41,671 nt of DNA from Octopus bimaculoides (lineage: Eukaryota), in NCBI RefSeq assembly GCF_001194135.2, contig NC_068992.1, positions 3,500,663 through 3,542,333 of the forward strand, written 5' to 3'. A model generated the notes under the pieces. That model made no database searches. It was given only the letters and a program-made list of their open reading frames with translations, and was not told the DNA's origin. The number at the start of each line of letters is the position of its first letter. Position 1 is the first letter of the stretch. The position numbers and the translations under genes were made by a program. This document shows, in pieces, positions 34,399-41,671 of the stretch.

Positions 34399-35290
34399 CG
34401 AGGTGGGATCGAAAAGATACCGGACTAGTTCTGTAACGTGCCAACAGATGGTAGCACACGGTTGCGTGCGCAGTGAGAGCTGGCAGTGACCTTCATGTTG
34501 AGTGACATTGCTGTGTTTACTTCGTAAGTTGTGAAATTTGTGTTTTTGTGATCACGTGTATGTTGTAGTCTGCGATTTTGTCATGGACAGGAACAAAACG
34601 TGAAATTTTGCGTTGATCTTTGGAAGTCTGCTACAGAGACATTGAGGATGCTCCGGCAATCTTACAGCGACGAGGCAGTGGGTCGTACGGAATATCTCGA
34701 ATGGCACAGGCGCTTTACAAGCGGAAGAACGTCCTTGGAAAGCGATGAGCGATCTGGAAGACCTGCCATGGACGTCACCCCTGGAAATGAGTAGAAAATT
34801 AATCAGCTTGTGCATAAGGATCGTCGGAGGACAATCAACGATATTGTTGATGTTGTTGGTCAGTTGTATGGGTCCGTGCAGGTAATCCTAACCCTCGCGA
34901 AGAATTGGATTCTTCACAACGACAATGTGCCCTGTCACCGAATTCTCCCCCACTGGAGAGTTTCTCGCCAAAACCAACATGGCGTCGCTTCCGCCCCCGC
35001 CCTATTCGCCAGATTTAGCACCTACAGGCTTCTATCTCTTCCCCAAGAGGAAAATTCTGCTCAAAGGACCCCGTTTTAACATCGTTGTCGAGATCCAGAG
35101 CGAATCGCAAAAATTCCTCGTGTGGCTTACGGAACACGACCTTCCAGGTCGAATTCCAAAAGTTGCAGGAACGCTGGGACCGGTGTAGTGCAGCGCAAGG
35201 TGACTGTTTCGAAGGAGATAATTTTAAAACATAGGTAAAGTTATTTTTTATTAAACATTACTAGTCCGGGAACTTTTTGATATCACCTCG
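34399..35290 (+). mobile_element. mariner (DD34D-type) non-autonomous element, 892 bp, internally deleted
   Basis: 31-bp TIRs (34399-34429 and 35260-35290, 26/31 match) with TA on both sides. The HTH region (KSATETLRML..EWHRRF.SGRTSLESDERSGRP) is joined to NWILHNDNVPCH..PPYSPDLAPT.FYLFPK..RWDRC...QGDCFEG, with the middle of the transposase missing. Confidence 0.95.
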
Positions 35291-35631
35291 TACTCGTAAA
35301 TTAGTGCGGATTATAAGAAGTTCCGGCCTTCAGTGTCTGGGAAGCTGGTCTTGTACCCGTACTTTCGTTTGAACGAGACGCCAGTCTGTTATAAACGTCC
35401 ATCCCATCTTTTCCTTGTATTTATTTTAAGCTCAGGTCAAAAGTCTGAATACGAAGATGAATTTTTTTTACTTTCTATAAATACATTTTGATATAAAGAT
35501 TAAAATGAATTATCTGCTTAGTGTTTGGAAGTAACACAATTAATAATATATTACGTATTTAAAATATAAAGATGATGAAATAAATCTTCATATTACCATC
35601 TTCTATACAGCATCTCTGTTACTGCGAGGTT

Positions 35632-36087
35632 TCTTTTACTTTTCGCGTTTTCCAGTCGTTTGACTGTGGCCATGCTGGAGTACCGCCATGAAGGGTTTAG
35701 TGGAACGAATCGACTCCAGAATTAATTTTTTTAAAGTCTGGCACTTATTCTTTCAGTATCTTTTGTCGAATAGCTAAATTACGAGGATGTAAACAAAACA
35801 ACACCGGTCGTCAAACGGCAGAGGAGACAAACACAATACAAAGACAAAGACATACATACTTACATGTCCATGTACACACACACGCACACACGCACCCCCA
35901 CACACACAACATACACATCATATACGTCGGGCATGTTTCACTTTCTGACACCCAAATCCACTTACAAGGCATTGTCCAGCCGGGGTCTATAGCACAAGAC
36001 ATTTGCCCAAGGTGCTGCAGAGTGGAACTGAACCCAAGACAAAATGGTTGAAAAGCAAATTTCTTACCACCAGCGTCATACCTACAC
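35632..36087 (-). mobile_element. SINE family A, complete two-part copy with internal (CA/TG)-rich segment (~35830-35925)
   Basis: The 5' half (36087 to ~35925) and 3' half (~35830 to 35632) are collinear and on the same strand. Confidence 0.85.
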
Positions 36088-36643
36088 TTGTTTAATTAAA
36101 TTTTTAAATTTGCGATTTGCCTTTTTCTATTTCCGGTCACCTTGACCTATGGTCTGCTCTCTTGGCACTGGTATTAGATACATAGAATGTCTTGATTACA
36201 AACGTAATAACACGTATAACACGATTCGAACCACAGATTTCTCGACTGATTTTCTGTTGTTGCAATCGAATCAGGAATCCACACATTTCCCCATTATCCT
36301 GGTGTTTCAGAAAAGCATTTACACGTGGTTTGTATGGTAGAGAGAAAGAAACAGATGAATAATAGACTCTGATAAGGATCAGAGTTCAAATACTTAAGAA
36401 GTTTTCTTCTTTCCATGATATTACAAGACATGTTTCACAATCACGTCCTTCATTTCTTAAGTCTCTAACGTGTGATTTGGATGTTATTTATTGGAGAGCA
36501 ATTGACTATACGGTAATGTAATCGGTATGTTCAATAAGAGCTCGCTTTGGTTTACCACTAAAATTTCAGCTTGAACCGCTACTGAAAATCAGTTGGTATT
36601 GATGTTGCCTATCGAAGACGGCTATAAGTGGTTTATCGTAGAG

Positions 36644-36686
<43 letters not shown>

Positions 36687-37054
36687 CAAGGGCTGAACAG
36701 ACTGAACACAGCAAAGAAAAAGAGTTAGACGAAAGTAGAGCCAACGGGAAACTAGACGAAAACTTAACCGACGGGGAATTAGACCAAAGGCACAATACAC
36801 GGAATATTCGCAGCTGAGTTTTCCTCGTCAGCCAATGAACCAAAATATCATCGTGGTTTCGCACCATTATCATTAAGCCTACTCAATCCTGGAGGCGCCA
36901 GTGNNNNNNNNNNNNNNNNNNNNNNNNNNNNNNNNNNNNNNNNNNNNNNNNNNNNNNNNNNNNNNNNNNNNNNNNNNNNNNNNNNNNNNNNNNNNNNNNN
37001 NNNNNNNNNNNNNNNNNNNNNNNNNNNNNNNNNNNNNNNNNNNNNNNNNNNNNN

Positions 37055-37112
<58 letters not shown>

Positions 37113-37146
37113 AACACACACACATACACACACACACACGCATATC

Positions 37147-37289
37147 TACGACAATTTTCTTTGATCTTCCGTCTACCAAAACCACTCACAATACTCAGGT
37201 CAGCTCGGTGCACTTGTCTAATGTACCGTGCAATGGGAGTGCACCGAAAACCGCATGGTTCCCCCCACCCTCTGTATAGCACAGCCACG
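37147..37289 (-). mobile_element. SINE family A, 5' half, diverged, abutting (CA)n at 37055-37140
   Basis: cgacaattttctttgatcttccgtctaccaaaaccactcacaa..acttgtctaatgtaccgtgcaatgggagtgcacc..acagccacg. Confidence 0.7.
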
Positions 37290-37609
37290 TGTAAATTGTA
37301 TGTTTTCATGTGTGAATGTGTGTGTGTATGTGTGTGTGCGTATATGTGTGTGTGTGTGAGATGTAAATTAAGAGTATACACCTAGCAAGACTTTTCATTT
37401 AACACACCCATCTTGACGTCAACGTCCGGTTGCAGACAATGACTTTACGAGGGCTGGTCATTATGTGACGACAAACTTTTACTGGACTTTGTTTGTGGTG
37501 GCTCACTAACCGACTAAGAGAGTATTCAATTTCGCGCGCGTACGTATATGTGTGTATACATTTGTTTATATATACGTACACACCCCAGATACACACCTAC
37601 ATGTGTGCA

Positions 37610-37800
37610 ACACCTTCGTTCGTTTGAGCAACCATCCTTGCCCTGACAACATACCCTTCGTGTTTGGTGTTGAAGTGTTGGTCGAGGCGATCCTCACCAC
37701 GAAAACGTCGGATGCGATGCCACTTCTAATTGCCTCTTCTAGCTTCTTAACTAGGTCACCCACTACTCTGTTTCTATCCATGGCTAGTGCTTTGCTATAC
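37610..37800 (-). mobile_element. Possible LINE ORF2 fragment (endonuclease-RT linker, RTE-like)
   Basis: AMDRNRVVGDLVKKLEEAIRSGIASDVF..TNTSTPNTKGMLSGQGWLLKRTKVLH resembles the recalled linker pattern D...W......LE.A...G.....F......I.D..G.LL.....IL. Weak, by eye only. Confidence 0.35.
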
Positions 37801-37951
37801 CTGTGTACGTCCCCACCGTCTAGCAGTTCAGCAAAAAGAGACCGATAGAATAAGTACTAGACTTACAAAGAATAAGTCGAGGGGTCGATTTATTCAACTA
37901 AAGGTGGTTCTCCAGCATGACCACAGTCAAATGACTGAAACAAGTAAAAGA
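37801..37951 (+). mobile_element. SINE family A, 3' half, well conserved
   Basis: gcaaaaagagaccgatagaataagtactagacttacaaagaataagtc..ctccagcatgaccacagtcaaatgactgaaacaagtaaaag. Confidence 0.88.
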
Positions 37952-38811
37952 TTGTGTGTGTGTATATATATATACACGCACACACATACACACAGCGCGA
38001 AACCACAACAGTTTGAATATAAGCAGACAAGATGGCGTACCGCGCCAATACATTGACAACCTCTTACATCTCTTGTCTAAATTCACCAGATTGTAAAGTT
38101 CATGGAAAGGACGGGCAAGTTCTCTTAATCTCGCAGCTTCACAGATAACCTCTTAATGTTACTTCAATAAAGCGAAACTTGTTGCTGTTGATGTTGTTGT
38201 TGTCGTCTTCTTCGTTTACCATTTCTATGCTACAGCTGACCTCTCATTCTTTATAATCAATCCACCCCCATCACCATCCACCTGGGGGAGGGTGGTGCAG
38301 TGGTATAAAGTTTTGTAATGTGGAAACCAAGCAATCTCTAGGATCACGTATTATCACAATTTCGTGTGAACCACCCCCACCCCCTCGTCACCTCCGTTTC
38401 ATCTGAACGGCGTAGCATTGTGTTGTTATTATTTTTATAATAACAACAGGTTCTAGCCATTGTTGTTCCAGTTCTTCCTTTACTCCTTTACATTCATCCC
38501 CTTACCACCACCACCACCACCACCACCTACTAACCGCCACCACCATCACCGTCGCCACCACCTCCACCATCGAAGCAACCGGCCAACCTCGCCACTCCTA
38601 TACCTCCCACAAGCCCCTCCCTCCATCGACATTGAAATTGTGAACTTGGGGAACCTCTTCACACGGTCATTCTAATTAACTTTCTACAAGTAGCTCTTGT
38701 GATATTAGCAGGTTCATCTCTTAACAGTTTATTCCCACTCCCTCTCCCACTCTCTCTGCCTTTCACTCTCTAAATATGTATGTGTACATGCACATCAGTG
38801 TATATACATAC

Positions 38812-38853
<42 letters not shown>

Positions 38854-38894
38854 ATATATGGGCATACACGCCTATGTATGTGTGTGTGTATATA

Positions 38895-39077
38895 TATCCA
38901 TATATAATATATATCCATATATATATCCATATATATATCCATATATATCCATATATATATATATATATATATCCATATATATCCATATATATCCATATAT
39001 CCATATATATCCATATATATCCATATATATATCCATATATATATCCATATATATCCATATATATCCATATATATCCA
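38895..39077. repeat. (ATATATCC)n-type compound satellite running into a gap
   Basis: Direct inspection. Confidence 0.9.
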
Positions 39078-39386
39078 NNNNNNNNNNNNNNNNNNNNNNN
39101 NNNNNNNNNNNNNNNNNNNNNNNNNNNNNNNNNNNNNNNNNNNNNNNNNNNNNNNNNNNNNNNNNNNNNNNNNNNNNNNNNNNNNNNNNNNNNNNNNNNN
39201 NNNNNNNNNNNNNNNNNNNNNNNNNNNNNNNNNNNNNNNNNNNNNNNNNNNNNNNNNNNNNNNNNNNNNNNNNNNNNNNNNNNNNNNNNNNNNNNNNNNN
39301 NNNNNNNNNNNNNNNNNNNNNNNNNNNNNNNNNNNNNNNNNNNNNNNNNNNNNNNNNTATATATATATATATATATATATATTTCA

Positions 39387-39839
39387 AAGAGTTTTAACTC
39401 TTATTTCTAGCAATAGCTGCTTTTAGCACCCACAGTCACAGTTAGTGATGACTAAATCTTTCCTATATGGCTTCGTATTGCAGCTAGCTGCTTACATTCA
39501 TTTTTAGTATACACATCACATTGGCATATCGCCAAATCTGCCATAAATCTGCATGGTGAATATATTTACTGACGGAGGAATTTAGCTGTTTCATCGAAGT
39601 AATGGAGTCATGTTGTTGACGAGTCTCAATTACAGGACAAAACCGCGGTCCAGTGTTCTGGCTTTGCTCATGGGACAGTTATCTACCCTGTCAGTATATA
39701 TACGTGTCCTTTTCACGCAGCTATAAGAGTTTTAACTCTTATTTCTAGTAATAACTATGCTTTTAACACCCACAGTCAGAATTAGTGACGACTAAATTTT
39801 TTCCTTTGTCGCTTTTTATTGCAGCTAATTGCTTACATT
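39387..39839. repeat. ~115-bp direct repeat (39387-39498 and 39725-39839), period 338 bp
   Basis: aagagttttaactcttatttctag..cacccacagtca..ttagtga.gactaaat..tattgcagcta..tgcttacatt in both copies. Confidence 0.88.
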
Positions 39840-39854
39840 AATTCATACATACAT

Positions 39855-40066
39855 TGTGGTTGTGTACTCTTTATACAGATTTTGACCACCTCCTGTGCCT
39901 ACACCTTAGCACCATCATGGCTTCTGATGCGGCTTTTTAAACCAGACAATGTTCTGAAAAGACACCCACATAGATTGCACCTCTGATTTGGACCACCAAG
40001 ACCTGCAGATAAGTTCTGCTCTTTGTGGATCTTAACCTATCTTTTGAGGCCTCCGTTGGATTTGCA
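39855..40066 (-). mobile_element. Second 3' end of the RTE-like zinc-finger LINE
   Basis: The reverse complement aligns without gaps to ~13935-14145 (roughly 85% by eye), has an in-frame stop, and ends at the same acaaccaca terminus. Confidence 0.85.
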
Positions 40067-40215
40067 TTAAAGGTGCGAAACTGAAGAGTATCATTGGTCG
40101 ATAACTGATGTAGAATTATGGACTTTCTGTTTGTTTCCCATTTGTTTTTACATTCAGTATACGTTATCATTTGTTTATATATTTTTTCATTTATATACAT
40201 GTATGTATGTGTGTG

Positions 40216-40257
<42 letters not shown>

Positions 40258-40644
40258 NNNNNNNNNNNNNNNNNNNNNNNNNNNNNNNNNNNNNNNNNNN
40301 NNNNNNNNNNNNNNNNNNNNNNNNNNNNNNNNNNNNNNNNNNNNNNNNNNNNNNNNNNNNNNNNNNNNNNNNNNNNNNNNNNNNNNNNNNNNNNNNNNNN
40401 NNNNNNNNNNNNNNNNNNNNNNNNNNNNNNNNNNNNNNNNNNNNNNNNNNNNNNNNNNNNNNNNNNNNNNNNNNNNNNNNNNNNNNNNNNNNNNNNNNNN
40501 NNNNNNNNNNNNNNNNNNNNNNNNNNNNNNNNNNNNNNNNNNNNNNNNNNNNNNNNNNNNNNNNNNNNNNNNNNNNNNNNNNNNNNNNNNNNNNNNNNNN
40601 NNNNNNNNNNNNNNNNNNNNNNNNNNNNNNNNNNNNNNNNNNNN

Positions 40645-40713
<69 letters not shown>

Positions 40714-41142
40714 AGCATGTTTGCTTGTGTGTCTATACATACGTTCGTGTATGTGTTTGCGTGCGAAACAGACCAAAGAGCCAGAGAAAATATGGCTTGT
40801 ACAGCAAAACCACGACAACTCGCTACAAGACAGTTGCATGTGAACTGCTTAAATCTCTTTATCTGCCGGAAGCCTTCATTATTCTCAGCAGTAACCGATG
40901 CCAGAATTAGGGACTCCATCACGAGCTACCGACTGACTGGCCGTTATTCTATTTCTAAACCCAGCCAAACATTTTCTGGATTGCAACTATAAATGACTAA
41001 TACTAACAGGAAATTTGCCTGAACGCCTTCTGAACGAAGTCGTATGACTGATGCTTTGTTCCAACATATCTCGACTTGGTTCATTTTCCTGGATTGCTTC
41101 ATTCAGCAAAGCACGATTACTATTAATATCACAGAGTTTTTA

Positions 41143-41155
41143 TTATCATTATTGT

Positions 41156-41190
<35 letters not shown>

Positions 41191-41213
41191 CATTATTATT
41201 ATTATTATTATTT
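41143..41213. repeat. (ATT)n tract at the 3' junction of the Dong-type element
   Basis: Direct inspection. Confidence 0.93.
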
Positions 41214-41671
41214 TATGTTTGACTTTTGTTTTGCATTTGTACAAGTTGGATCCAAGTCTCACCCAGAGACCTCAAGAGACAACAAGTTAGAAGTTCTTGT
41301 AGGTGTTATTCCTAGGGTGCCATATATTTGGATTTGTAGTTTTGTTCAAGTGAATATTTAAGAAACCATAAGAAAATTATGTTTGCTTTAAAATTTGAGA
41401 TCACATAGACAGTATTTTACGTAGGATATGGGCAGTTCCCATGAGCACTATCTTTTGAACTTCAGCCATTTTGGGGTTTCCTGGTATCTGAGCTAGGTAG
41501 TAATCAGCCCGTTTCGCTGTCATTCCCAGGGCACCTATGACAATAGGTATTGTTTTCGTCTTCAGATTCCACATTTTGCTAATTTCTATTTCAAGATCTT
41601 TATATTTGCTCAGTTTTTGGTAGGTCATGACAGATACGTTTATATGGATTGGGACAGTCATATCAACGAGG
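41214..41671 (-). mobile_element. 3' end of an R4/Dong-type RLE retrotransposon (endonuclease C-terminus plus 3' UTR); continues beyond the window
   Basis: ORF 41401-41661 reads ..KLSKYKDLEIEISKMWNLKTKTIPIVIGALG..VQKIVLMGTAHILRKILSM*, followed by a ~190-bp 3' UTR and (TAA)n on the element's sense strand. Confidence 0.92.

Noticed and set aside
4800-40992. ORFs of 170-357 aa containing X runs
   Set aside because: They are open only because N gaps and dinucleotide repeats lack stop codons.

Overview
Repeat-saturated, AT-rich eukaryotic DNA with about 4 kb of N gaps in 14 blocks. The SINE families and microsatellite density look like an octopus genome; this is recognition from memory, not a database match. 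I found no host protein-coding gene, rRNA, true tRNA or CRISPR array, and almost all long ORFs in the track are microsatellite or gap artefacts. The window contains: (i) at least three tRNA-derived SINE families, called A, B and C here, where A is a two-part element with an internal microsatellite and B includes a head-to-tail trimer; (ii) decayed non-LTR retrotransposons: two R4/Dong-type fragments abutting (TAA)n, one HERO/R2-superfamily RT fragment, and two RTE-like 3' ends with C2H2 fingers; (iii) Tc1/mariner relics: an internally deleted mariner with both TIRs and TA TSDs, a second mariner 3' fragment, a maT-like element and a Tigger/pogo-like MITE; (iv) many micro- and minisatellites and a 71-bp inverted repeat. 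The best candidate for unusual biology is a ~115-nt repeat present twice (18950-19066 +, 21550-21663 -). It contains the full hammerhead ribozyme catalytic core, but the three strands are in a non-circularly permuted (pseudoknotted) order, and stem II covaries between the copies.
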